64,000 bases of DNA from Octopus sinensis (lineage: Eukaryota). The position numbers were made by a program, and so were the translations under genes. The stretch is taken from assembly GCF_006345805.1 (NCBI RefSeq), contig NC_043012.1, positions 42,966,001 through 43,030,000 on the forward strand, written 5' to 3'. Within the stretch, counting starts at the first letter, position 1. Each line of letters opens with the position of its first letter. The notes under the pieces are model-generated. The model searched no databases and was not told the origin of the DNA. It saw nothing but the letters and a program-made list of their open reading frames with translations. Shown here in pieces: positions 11,858 to 23,744 of this stretch.

Positions 11858-13803
11858 GTATTTTGTGATAAGATTTCTTCTGAAAGTGTTACAAAAGATG
11901 TACCTACAAAAGATGTACCTATAAAAGATGTACCTACAAAAGATGTACCTACAAAAGATGTACCTACAAAAGATGTACCTGCAAAAGATTTAGCTGCAAA
12001 AGATGTACCTGCAAAAGATTTAGCTGCAAAAGATTTAGCTGCAAAAGATGTAGCTGCAAAAGATGTAGCTACAAAAGATGTACCTGCAAAAGATGTACCT
12101 GTAAAAGATGTACCTGCAAAAGAGGTACCTGCAAAAGATGTAGCTACAAAAGATGTACCTGTAAAAGATGTAGCTGCAAAAGATGTAGCTGCAAAAGATG
12201 TACCTGTAAAAGATGTACCTGCAAAGGGTGTAGCTGCAAAAGTTGTACCTGCAAAAGGTGTACCTGAAAAAGATGTAGCTAAAAGAGGTACCTGCAAAAG
12301 ATGTACCTGCAAAAGAGGTACCTACAAAAGATGTAGCTGCAAAAGAGGTACCTGCAAAAGGTGTACCTGCAAAAGATGTAGCTGTAGAAGATGTAGCTGC
12401 AAAAGGTGTAGCTACAAAAGATGTACCTGCAAAAGATGTAGCTTCAAAAGATGTAGCTGCAAAAGTTGTAGCTGCAAAAGATGTACCTGCAAAAGATGTA
12501 GCTGCAAAAGATGTACCTGTAAAAGATGTAGCTGCAAAAGATGTGGCTGCAAAAGATGTGGCTGCAAAAGATGTACCTGCAAAAGATGTACCTGCAAAAG
12601 ATGTAGCTGCAAAAGATGTACCTGCAAAAGATGTGGCTGCAAAAGATGTACCTGCAAAAGATGTAGCTGCAAAAGATGTACCTGTAATAGATGTAGCTGC
12701 AAAAGATGTACCCGTAAAAGATGTAGCTGCAAAAGGTGTACCTGCAAAAGATGTAGCTGTAGAAGATGTAGCTGCAAAAGATGTACCTGCAAAAGGTGTA
12801 CCTGCAAAAGATGTAGCTTCAAAAGATGTAGCTGCAAAAGTTGTAGCTGCAAAAGATGTAGCTGCAAAAGATGTACCTGCAAAAGATGTACCTGCAAAAG
12901 ATGTACCTGTAAAAGATGTACCTGCAAAAGATGTGGCTGCAAAAGATGTACCTGTAATAGATGTAGCTGCAAAAGATGTACCCGTAAAAGATGTAGCTGC
13001 AAAAGATGTACCCGTAAAAGATGTAGCTGCAAAAGGTGTACCTGCAAAAGATGTAGCTGCAAAAGATGTACCTGCAAAAGATGTACCTGCAAAAGATGTA
13101 CCTGTAAAAGATGTGGCTGCAAAAGATGTACCTGCAAAAGATGTAGCTGTAAAAGATGTAGCTGCAAAAGGTGTACCTGCAAAAGATGTAGCTGTAGAAA
13201 ATGTAGCTGCAAAAGATGTAGCTGCAAAAGATGTACCTGTAAAAGATGTACCTGCAAAAGATGTACCTGCAAAAGATGTACCTGTAAAAGATGTAGCTGC
13301 AAAAGATGTACCTGTAATAGATGTACCTGTAATAGATGTAGCTGCAAAAGATGTACCTGCAAAAGATGTACCTGTAATAGATGTAGCTGCAAAAGATGTA
13401 CCCGTAAAAGATGTAGCTGTAAAAGATGTACCTGCAAAAGATGTGGCTGCAAAAGATGTACCTGTAAAAGATGTACCTGCAAAAGATGTGGCTGCAAAAG
13501 ATGTGGCTGCAAAAGATGTACCTGCAAAAGATGTAGCTGCAAAAGATGTAGCTGCAAAAGATGTAGCTGCAAAAGATGTACCTGCAAAAGATGTACCTGT
13601 AATAGATGTACCTGTAAAAGATGTACCTGTAAAAGATGTAGCTGCAAAAGATTTACCTGCAAAAGATGTGGCTGCAAAAGATGTGGCTGCAAAAGATGTA
13701 GCTGTAAAAGATGTACCTGCAAAAGATGTAGCTGCAAAAGATGTACCTGTAAAAGATGTACCTGCAAAAGATGCCCCTACAAATGATGCACTTGACTTCC
13801 AAG
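11858..13803 (+). CDS. NDUFV3: Probable NDUFV3 exon 2: VFCDKISSESVT, about 126 K-D-V-(P/A)-(A/V/T) repeats, then NDALDFQ; 2-bp frameshift at about 12281 as assembled
   Basis: Long polypyrimidine/ttatag acceptor and G|gtgagt phase-1 donor matching the last exon. Length 1946 becomes 3n+1 if the 2 nt missing at GCT[GC]AAAAGAG are restored. Confidence 0.72.
11894..13781 (+). repeat. 15-bp coding minisatellite, consensus AAAGATGTA(C/G)CTG(C/T)A, about 126 units
   Basis: Directly visible; (1888+2)/15 = 126 units. Confidence 0.98.
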
Positions 13804-14042
13804 GTGAGTAAACATTTTCTTTTGGATGCAGAGCAAATTTAATTACTATTATTATTTTTTTTACAGTGTTGATAGTTTTGTAAAAATTTCAGCCAAACCT
13901 GCTGAAGCAAAACTCTAGTATTGAAGTACATAGAAAACCAAATATACAGAATCTTACTGAGGCATGGACTAGATGGTTTCGCATAAGGGTAATATTATAT
14001 AATTCTATTGATAGCTGTAGGAAATTCAAAGAAACTATTAAC

Positions 14043-15240
14043 ACACAAAGGGGAGCTGAAAAGTTCATACTGCTGACTATGAAGGAAATCTGTGAAATCT
14101 TACATGCATTAATTTCAACCCTTCTTATTAATAACCACATTGTTTCTTCCCAGGTAAACTGACATCTGACAGTTCAAAGAAGACTTCAGAAGTAACTAGC
14201 ATTGATTTCTCTTGAAAATGGACAAAATTTGGCATTGTGGTTTGTCAAGTGCCTGCAGAAAAAGGTTTCAGCCCCCCCCCCCCTCCCCAGCACATGGTTG
14301 CTTCATTAGGAGATGATGCTTCAGTGCAAAAGCAATCCAATGTTTGGACGTCTTGCAACTGCCACCACTAAGGAAAATTTTGATCGTATTCACTATATGG
14401 TGATGGCTGACAGGTGATTGACTATAAATCAAATAGCCTATGCTATTAATATATGTGAAAGAGTTGAGAATATTCTGTACAATGAACTTGGCATGATGAA
14501 GGTTTCTACTTGCTGGCTGCTATGTCTTCTGATACCTAGTGAAAAGGGCACCAGGTTGATCACATCATGGGAAAATCTGACATTGTTTGAAGCATATCTG
14601 GCTGGTTTCTTTGAATGTTTCTTAACCAAGGGTAAGTGTTGGGTTCATCAATTTGAGCCAGGGAGAAAGAGACACTCCATGCAGTGGAACACCCTTCCTT
14701 ATCTGCTCCAAAGAAGGCTAAGGTCATTTCATCTGCTGGGAAATTGATGACCTCAGTTTTTTTGGATGCAAAAGTATTTGCTATTTTGAAAAGGGCCAAA
14801 CAATTAATAGAGAATACTATGCCACCTTACTGAGGCAGTTCTGAAAAGATATCAAGACCAAATGCCCAGGAAATCTGACAAAAGAGGTCTTCTTTAATCA
14901 GGACAGTGCTGTAGCACACAAGTCCTTGTTTCAATGGCTGCTTTGTGTGACTGTGGCTTAGAACTGGTTGATCACCCTTCCTTATACTCTTGATTTGGCC
15001 CCATCTGACTATTATCTGTTCCCCAACATGAGAAAATACTTGGTTGGGAAACAGTATTGCAGTGATGATGATGTCATATCTGCTGTTGATGACGTTTTTC
15101 TACAAATAATATGAAGGCTTCTTGACCAATGGGATCCAAGCACTGTGACACCGATGGAAGTGTTGAAAAATAAATTTCATTTGGTCACTTTTGATGAGAG
15201 TATCTTGGTCAACCTATGAACTTTTCAGCCGATCCTAATA
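14043..15240 (+). mobile_element. Near full-length decayed mariner element
   Basis: TIR-like ends (gggagctgaaaagttcata; cctatgaacttttcagcc). Transposase fragments ILYNELGMMKVSTCW, WVHQFEP..HSMQW, QDSAVAH and APSDYYLFP. Confidence 0.85.
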
Positions 15241-15806
15241 CAGGATCGGCTGCAAAGTTCAAAGGCTGATCTCATTTTGTCAGGATTGCCTTATTTTGTA
15301 AGTCATTCCTAAGTGTAAGTTTACAATTGCTCTTTAACTGTTGTCAAATGTGTGATGAATATAATTTCCCAAAGAATTGCAGCATAAACAGATTTGAATT
15401 TGTAACCAGAAATAAATGGAATGATTGTCTCATGTGGTCAGTGAAGAATTCTATATTATATTTGTAACAATAACAAGGGGAACTTGGCATTTGGAAGCAT
15501 AAACTTCTTGGGATACTTGAATGTTGAGACCATTTTTGTAGTAATGTATGTTTTGTTTGTTTTATCAGTGGGGGAGAGAGAGATATTTTAACATGTTTTA
15601 ATGTCTGCTGAGTAGTGTTTGACTTGTATCTTTAGTATTTGTGAGAGTTGAAACAAAGTGAAATTGAATTTAACCTTAGATGGAGAATTGGTAGTCAGAT
15701 ATTTGTTACTTTCTGTGGTCTGAAGTTAATTTTGCTGCTCATCCTTCGAGAGTTGATAAAAATGTTCTGATCCAGGGCAGTGGATCAGGAGAACAGTAAG
15801 AATGTT

Positions 15807-18800
15807 GGATCTTTTCCTTTTGAACGGCACTTTGTAACATAATTTCTAGGTAACTAAAAAGTTACTGGTAGAATGTGTTTATAAAACATCATTTTTTTCT
15901 TGGTTTTATTGAGAAAATTCTATAGTTTGAAAGATATTTCGTCTGAAAATCCGAGCATTTCGGCAATTTTAACCAATCGATTACCTCCATTGAACTAAAA
16001 ATCATTTGCTGCGTCTAAAACTGAGACAACATCCTGTCACTAAGCCTAAACTTCACCCTAACCCTAACCCTAAATTTTTTTTTTTCTTAATTGTTAAATT
16101 AATTTAATTGTTACGCGTGTAAAAAAAACGAAATTAAGAAAAAAAATTTAGGGTTAGGGTGAGGTTTAGGCTTAGTGACAGGATGTTGTCTCAGTTTTAG
16201 ATGCAGCAAATGATTTTAGCTCAATTAGAGGCGATTCATTGGTTAAAATTCGAATAATTAAACTATGTTAAACAAACGAATTACAAATGCCAAAACCTTC
16301 CCAGGCAAAGAATGTACCCTGCAACATAGACTGGTAGTTAGTGACTTTAGGATCAGGACTAAGAGGACAACCAGAAGACGACCAACATGGAGAAGAAGGA
16401 TCTGGAAGCTTAAAGATCCTGCGAATGGACAGAGATTTAGGGACATGTTACTTGAAGCCTTTGACGAAGTAGAAGGGGATAGAGTATCACATGGGGTAGA
16501 AGGCAACTGGACGTTTCTAAGGGACAACCTGCTGAGAGCCACTGACCAGATCTGTGGCTGGTGCAAAGTCTCCTATCGTCCCAAGGTAACGTGGTGGTGG
16601 AACAATGTTGTAGACAGGGCTATTAGAGAAAAGAGACAGGCTTGGAAGGACTGGAAGAATGGTGGTAGCAGGGAATAGTATCAGACTGCCAGAAGGGAAG
16701 CTCGGAGACAGGTCTATCTAGCCAGAGGGGAAGCAGACAAGAAAAAATTTGCCAATGTTCTGCGCCGTGAGGACCAAAGACTGGAGGTATTTTGTGTTGC
16801 AAGACAGGGCGTGTGAGAGAGAATTGTGATGTGGTAGGAGAGAAATGTGTTCGCATGGAAGATGGTTCACTTGCGCTAAATGAGGATGCAAAGAGAGAGG
16901 TTTGGAGACGCCACTATGAAAGGTTGCTGAATAAAGAAAATGAATGGGATAAAGAGAGTCTGCCGAATGTCGATCCAACAGAGGGACCAGCTATCTGAGT
17001 TGACAGTTCCTTGGTAGTTAAGGCAATTAGAAGCATGAAGACAGGGAAGGCCAATCAGGAATCACTGCAGAGATGCTCAAAATATCTGGTAGTGTCGGCT
17101 ATAGCCTAGTCACCCGTATAGTTAATCAGGTGATACACGAAGGAGTCATACCCAATGACTGGTGTAGCAGCATAATAGTCAACTGCTACAAAGGTAAAGG
17201 TGACGCCCTAGATACAAATAATTACAAAGGTATCAAGCTGTTGGATCAGGTAATGAAGGTTACAGAGAGGGTCATAGCCCAACTAATTAGAGAGAGAGTT
17301 AGTTTAGATGAGATGCAGTTTGGGTTCGTGCCAGGGAAAAGTACCACTGATGCTATATTCCTGGTAAGGCAGCTGCAGGAGAAATACCTAGCCAAGGATA
17401 AGCCGCTGTACCTGGCTTTTGTTGACATGGAGAAAGCCTTTGACAGGGTCCCTCGATCCCTTATCTGGTGGTCAATGAGGAAACTAGGGATAGATGAATG
17501 GCTGGTGAGGGCTGTGCAAGCCATGTACAGAGATGCCGTAAGTAAGGTTAGGGTTGGCAACATGTACACAGAAGAATTCAAAGTAGAGGTAGGGTTCCAC
17601 CAAGGTTCAGTCCTCAGCCCCCTCCTATTTATCATAGTCCTCCAGGCAATAACAGAGAAATTCAAGACAGGATGCCCCTGGGAGCTCCTCTATGCTGATG
17701 ACCTTGCTCTAATTGCTGAGTCACTATCAGAACTGGAGGAGAAGTTTCAGGTATGGAAGCAAGGATGAGAATCGAAGGGCCTTAGAGTCAACCTAGCTAA
17801 AACCAAAGTCTTAATAAGTAGGAAGGTAGACAAATCACAAACGCCTTCAGGTTGATGGCCCTGCTCGATCTGTAGAAAAGGTGTAGGTAGAAACTCTATA
17901 AGATGCACCAAGTGTAAGCTATGGACACATAAGAGGTGCAGCAATGTCAAAGAAAGGCTAACTAGGAAGATAGTTTTTGTATGTGGCAGATGCTCAGGAG
18001 CAATAAACACTGAAAATGCTCTGAGACCAACTTCTGCCACATTCCAGGGAGAAAAACTAGAAATAGTTGATAGCTTCCGTTACCTAGGTGACCAAGTCAG
18101 TAGCGGGGGCGGATGTGCTGAAAGTGTAACTGCTAGAGTAAGAATAGCTTGGGCAAAGTTCAGAGAGCTCTTACCTCTGCTGGTGACAAAAGGCCTCTCG
18201 CTCAGAGTAAAAGGCAGACTGTATGACGCCTGTGTACGAACAGCCATGCTACATGGCAGTGAAACATGGGCCGTGACTGCTGAGGATATGCGTAAGCTTG
18301 CAAGAAATGAAGCCAGTATGCTCCGATGGATGTGTAATGTCAGTGTTCATACTCGACAGAGTATAAGTACCTTGAGAGAAAAGCTGGACCTAAGAAGCAT
18401 CAGTTGTGGTGCACTGGTATGGTCATGTGGCGAGAATGAATGAAGATAGTTGTGTGAAAAAGTGCCACACCCTAGCAGTTGAGGGAACCTGTGGAAGAGG
18501 CAGACCCAGGAAAACCTGGGACGAGGTGGTGAAGCACGACCTTTGAACTTTAGGTCTCACTGAGGAAATGACTAGAGACTGAGACCTTTGGAAGTATGCT
18601 GTGCATGGGAAGACCCGGCAGGACAAGTGAGACCATAACCCGTGGCCTCTACATGGGATGTAGCCAGTCCACTTATGCATACCTTTCCTTGGACACAAAA
18701 CTCTACTTGTGAAGACCTATTGAGGCAAGTGAGAATCGAAATCGATCAACATCAATGGAAATTGCAGCTGTGATACCAGTGCCAGTGGCACGTAAGAAAA

Positions 18801-19246
18801 CCATCCGAACGTGGCCGTTGCCAGTGCTGCCCCGACTGGCCTTGTGCCAGTGGCACGTAAAAAGCACCATCTGTTCATGGCCATTGCCAGCCTTGCCTGG
18901 CCCCCGTGCCGGTGGCACGTAAAAAGCACCATCCGATTGTGGCCGTTTGCCAGCCTCGTCTGGCATGTAAAAAGCACCCACTACACTCACGAAGTGGTTG
19001 ACATTAGGAAGGGCATCCAGTTGTAGAAACATTGCCAGATCAGACTGGGCCTGGTGCAGCCTTCTGGCTTCCCAGACCCCAGTTGAACCGTCCAACCCAT
19101 GCCAGCATAGAAAACGGACGCTAAATGATGATGATGATGAAAGCCAAGAGAAAAAAATGTTTTATTTTGACACATTCTACCAGTTTATGAAGTTTTATAG
19201 TGTTTAGTTAACTAGAAATTGTGTGCTGTTCAAAAGGAAAAGATCC
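15807..19246. mobile_element. Long-TIR non-autonomous DNA element split by an RTE insertion
   Basis: About 110-bp inverted arms: ggatcttttccttttgaacggcac... at 15807 and ...gctgttcaaaaggaaaagatcc ending 19246. Internal palindrome at 15965-16250. Confidence 0.75.
16262..19140 (+). mobile_element. RTE-clade LINE, 5'-truncated in the endonuclease, with RT, C-terminus, 3'UTR and (GAT)n tail
   Basis: KTFPGKECTLQHRLVVSD; RT motifs QFGFVPGKSTTDAI, FVDMEKAFDRV, QGSVLSP and YADD. A few in-frame stops and frameshifts; ends aaatgatgatgatgatga. Confidence 0.95.
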
Positions 19247-19832
19247 AGAATGTTGAACTGCATTTTTTTATGCAACTGTTTGCATTTAGAATTCAAATCC
19301 ATTTTGGCCCATTTTGGTGGTAGACTTAATCTATTGCTTGATTTATCACCACCAACTAGCACCTAAGGTTGCCTTTAGTGGAGCCCATTCTGTCTCAATC
19401 CACTGGGCTATGTTTTTAGTTTGTGGATGACTTTCTCCTTCTTTTCCACTAGTCTTGGAAGCTTTGTAAAAGGTCACAGGCAATATCTTCCCTCCTGACT
19501 AAAAGATAAAAAAAACAAAACAATCATTCATTGAATCTTGAGTCAGGTTTTATTATCTTAGCTGTTGTTTCAATAACTCTAATTCAGCTCTATGATTAAT
19601 GGTGTGACTATCTTGTCTTCTTAGGATTGCATTATCTAATGTGTTCCCTTATTTGAGATGACAAGGTATGATTTAAGTAATATTTAACTGCTGTCTCTAG
19701 CAGGTTGAATATGTAGAGGCACCTTTGTTGGCTCAAGAGTTTTTCAGTGCAGGTAATCTCTTTCAGTTATATAATTTGCTTAATATTTATGTAATCCTTT
19801 TGGTTTAAATTTCTTTTTTTTTTTAATTTTAG

Positions 19833-19966
19833 TTTTGGCAGAAGATATCGACAATGCTTCTTTCAAATGTAAAGAATATTTTGAACATAATCCTATGACG
19901 TTTTATGATATTGAATCGGGAATGGCAAAATACCGGGCACCACAACCAACTCCAGTTCACAATTAA
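19833..19966 (+). CDS. NDUFV3: Probable NDUFV3 last exon (V-LAEDIDNASFKCKEYFEHNPMTFYDIESGMAKYRAPQPTPVHN*)
   Basis: Strong (T)n-ag acceptor in phase 1. The peptide fits the NDUFV3 C-terminal signature (Y/F-K..EY..HN..TF.D.E..M.K.R.PQP), recognised from memory. AATAAA at 20039-20044. Confidence 0.85.
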
Positions 19967-20299
19967 TTCATGACAATATTCAATAATGTAATAATGATTG
20001 CTAATTCGTTGTTATCAATGTATTGATAGTCGTTTGAAAATAAAGTTTTACACCAAATATTTTATTGAGTTTCATTTTTATTTAAAATTTGAATCCCTTT
20101 AATCTGTTTCAATGTTTTACGATGCATAATGGATAATTTAGAGATGGTGATCATGAATATTCACCATTTACTTTCACTATTCTTGTTGAGTCTTGTGAAC
20201 TGTTTTTTTTTTATATTTCTAATAGATGACATGTATAAAGAGTTAAAGCTAATTTTATCAACTGTCTGTATATTTATTTTTAATCTGGAATTTCTATGA

Positions 20300-21990
20300 A
20301 ATAATCTGCTTAGGGCTACACATTAGGCATGTGGCTAAAGGAAGGTTCTAGCCAAGTCAAGAGTAACATGGTTTTGGATTCATAAGGTTGATAGGGCAGC
20401 TAAGGCTAAGAGATCAGCTTGGAAAACATGGAAGGGTGGTTGTAAGGAGCATTATCAAATGGCTAGAAAGGCATCTAGGTGTTGGGTGTATTTCGTTAAG
20501 TGTCAAGTATAGAGGAAAAGATTTGCACCTGATCCTCTGACTCTGAACCTGCAGCATGAGAGGGTTCAGGATTGTGAGAGCATGTGTGAAAGAGAACCGA
20601 GATGTTATTGGTGACAAGTGTATTTAGAATGATGAAGGCAAATAAGACATTGATATGGAACAAAAGGAAGTGCTATTATGAAAAGCTGCTGAACATGAAG
20701 AATGCATGGGTTAAATAGGAATTACCCTATGCTGACCGAATCAAGGGATCAACAATTCCAGTTTATAGAAGTGTGGTAGATAAAGTAATCAAGGACATAA
20801 AGAGGGGAAAAGTTATAGGCTCTTCAGCGATTGTTACAGAGATGCTCAAAATATCTGGGCGAGTAGGATGCAAGTGGAAGGTGTGACACTGAACAACTGA
20901 CTTAGCAGTGTTATTGTAAACTGCTACAAAGGCAAAGGAGATACCTTCGAAGCAACTATAGAGGAATCAAACTACTAGACAAAGTTATGAAGATCATGGA
21001 GAAAGTTATGGCCCAATTGATCTATGACAGGCATCATAGATACAATCTTCCTAGTGAGGCAGCTACAGGAGAAATACCTGGCTAAGAATAAACTGCTATT
21101 CCTGGTTTTCATTGATTTGGAGAAAGCACTTCACTGGGTACTGTGCTCAGTAATTGGGTTGTCACTGAGGAAAGTAGGTATAGCTGAATGGCTTGTGTGG
21201 GTAGTTGAAGCTATGTAAAGGATACAGAAAGTGAAAGTGAAAGTTGGTAACAATTTCTGAGATGAATTTAGTTCATCGTGGTTCAGTACTCTTGTTTATA
21301 TTTATACAAGCCACCAAAACAGGAATTTCAAGGAGCTATTACCACTGCTGACAAAGATCTTTTCTTCTAGAGTGAAAGAAAGATTGTATGACACTAGTGT
21401 TAGAACTGTGATGCTGCATGACAATGAGACATGGACCTTGAGAAGACTGGAAAGAAAAGAAACGAGTATTCTCTGTTGGATGTGTGATGTAAGTGTGTAT
21501 AAAAGACAATTACGAAACTGGGTAAGAGGAATCAGATGTGTACAAGAAAGAAGACTGTGCTAGTATGGACATGTGATATGTATGGATGAGGGCAGCAGCA
21601 TAATGAAGTCCTGATCGCTTAATGTGGCTGGAATGTGTGGAACAGGGAGACCTAGAAAGACTCCAAAATGAAATTTCTTTTCTATATTATATAAATCTTT
21701 TCATTTTCCTTTTTTTTTAATGTTTACATTTATATCCTGTGCCGGTGGCACATAAAAACCACTATCCAAATGTGGTTGATGTTAGTTCGCCCTGACTGGT
21801 TCCTGTGCCGGTGGTATGTAAAAAGCACCATCCGAACATGATTGATGCCAGTACCCCCTGACCAGCTCCTGTGCTTGTGGCATGTAAAAAGCACCCACTA
21901 CACTCTCAAAGTGGTTGGTGTTAGGAAGAGCATCCTGTTGTAGAAACATTGTCATATCAGACTGGAGCCTGGTGCGGCCTCCTGGCTTTG
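20300..21990 (+). mobile_element. Older, more decayed RTE LINE copy
   Basis: IDTIFLVRQLQEKYLAK..DLEKA and RLYDTSVRTVMLH; same 3'UTR motif (gtggcac..aaaaagcacc) and a tgatgatgatg tail. Confidence 0.85.
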
Positions 21991-22891
21991 CAGTTCTCAG
22001 TCAAACCATCCAGCATGGAAAACGGATGCTAAACAATGATGATGATGTGTGGCTGGAAGAGATTTAAAGAGAAGGAGAGCGTGTGAGAATGAGTGTGAGT
22101 GTCATGTGCCTTAGTGTAGTTTGTAAGTTAGTAGTAGTTTTGGTTGTTTGTGTTGCAAACTATTCATGTGAAAAAATCTGGTTGTCAAACAAAAGCTGGC
22201 ATTGAATATAACCTAACTTAATGCTAAACTGTGTCTGTTGCACCTGTCCCATCTTCAGATCTGGCTTCTAGGTTTAATTTTATAAGTTTCAGAGAAATCT
22301 GATCGAGCAGATCTGTACTGATATCACTCAAAATCTGGAAGTTGTTTATATAGAATTTCTTGATTGGAGGCAACATGTCCAGGGTTAAAAACAAAGTATA
22401 CACTTAATACATTACTCCTTCATTTGAGAGTTGGTTATTTAACAATGAGTGAAATCAGCATGACTACAGCTGCATGCACTTAAAATGAATAAAAGAATAT
22501 GTACATATGTGTGTGTGTATGTGTATATATATATATATATATATACACATTTTTCTATTTTGGATATATTTGGGGTACTTAAGTCTGCTCGGGTCTTGGT
22601 GCTTGCTTCTTCCATGGGTATGAATAAGTATTTCATTTATATCTCGCGTATGTGCCGCTGAAGAGGGGAAAATTTCTTGTGAATTAACTCCGAAATTGGA
22701 CCAATACGGTAATAACAAATTTTTTTAGAGATTTCTATCGGTTTGTTTCGAGACGCATAAATTTAATGGTTATCAACAATTTTTTTGTTTCGGCGTATCT
22801 GGCATTAGAATTTTTCTTCTGCCCTTATATATATATATACATACAATATTAGATATTACAATTCTATATTTAAGAGATGAGGAATTATGTA

Positions 22892-23240
22892 CATTATTTA
22901 CATTTGACGGATATTTGTCCTCATCTTGTTTGTTGTTAACACAGTGTTTCGGCTGATATATCCTCCTGCCTTCATCAGGTGTCTTGGGGAAATTTCAAAC
23001 CTGGGTTCTCATTCCTAAGGTATATGGCGTAGTGGTTAAGAGCGCGGCTACTAACCTCAAGATTCCGAGTTCGATTCCAGGCAGTGACCTGAATAATAAT
23101 AATAACGTTGAAAAATACCTTAGGAATGAGAACCCAGATTTGAAATTTCCCCAAGACATCAGATGAAGGCTTGAGGGTATATCAGCCGAAACATGTTAAC
23201 AAACAAGATGAGGACAAATATCCGTCAATTGTAAATAATG
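22892..23240. mobile_element. tRNA-headed element with a Penelope-like 3' end and an inverted duplicate of that end
   Basis: Arms 22892-23023 and 23115-23240 are reverse complements. The loop holds a tRNA-like head (A box TAGTGGTTAAG, B box GAGTTCGATTCC) and (AAT)n. Confidence 0.7.
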
Positions 23241-23593
23241 AATATTAGATATGTACATATATACACAAGGGTACTGCATGAGCACCTACATCGCTAAAAA
23301 TAGAAGTAAAAAATACTTCTGTACCACCGAATAGTCACAAATCTATTACAGACATGATAAGAAAAAATATCAGTAAACAACAATAACGTCTTACCTCTGC
23401 TGGGTCAGTACAAGTAAATGCTGGTCAATATGGTACCAGTTTTGAAATTTAGCGCCAAATAGGTGCCTGATTTCTCATCAGCCAAAGTCTGCCTTCTAAT
23501 TACGACTAAAATTCTCCCCCATCATGCCTGCAAAAGTTCGTTTGAAGTGACCAAGCACTATAGGAACAAACAAAATGTGAAAATTATACACAG

Positions 23594-23673
<80 letters not shown>

Positions 23674-23744
23674 GTAATGTGAAGAAACAAAAGACCTGGT
23701 AATTCAATCTGCAAACATGTCTCCGATTTTGTTTCTTCACATTA

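Noticed and set aside
11809-13767. Long minus-strand ORFs (TSFAA.. and LHLLQ.. repeats)
   Set aside because: They are antisense readings of the stop-free 15-bp repeat; splice signals support the plus strand only.
23026-23085. tRNA gene
   Set aside because: It has A and B boxes but no complete acceptor or anticodon stems, and is embedded in a repeat; treated as a SINE head.
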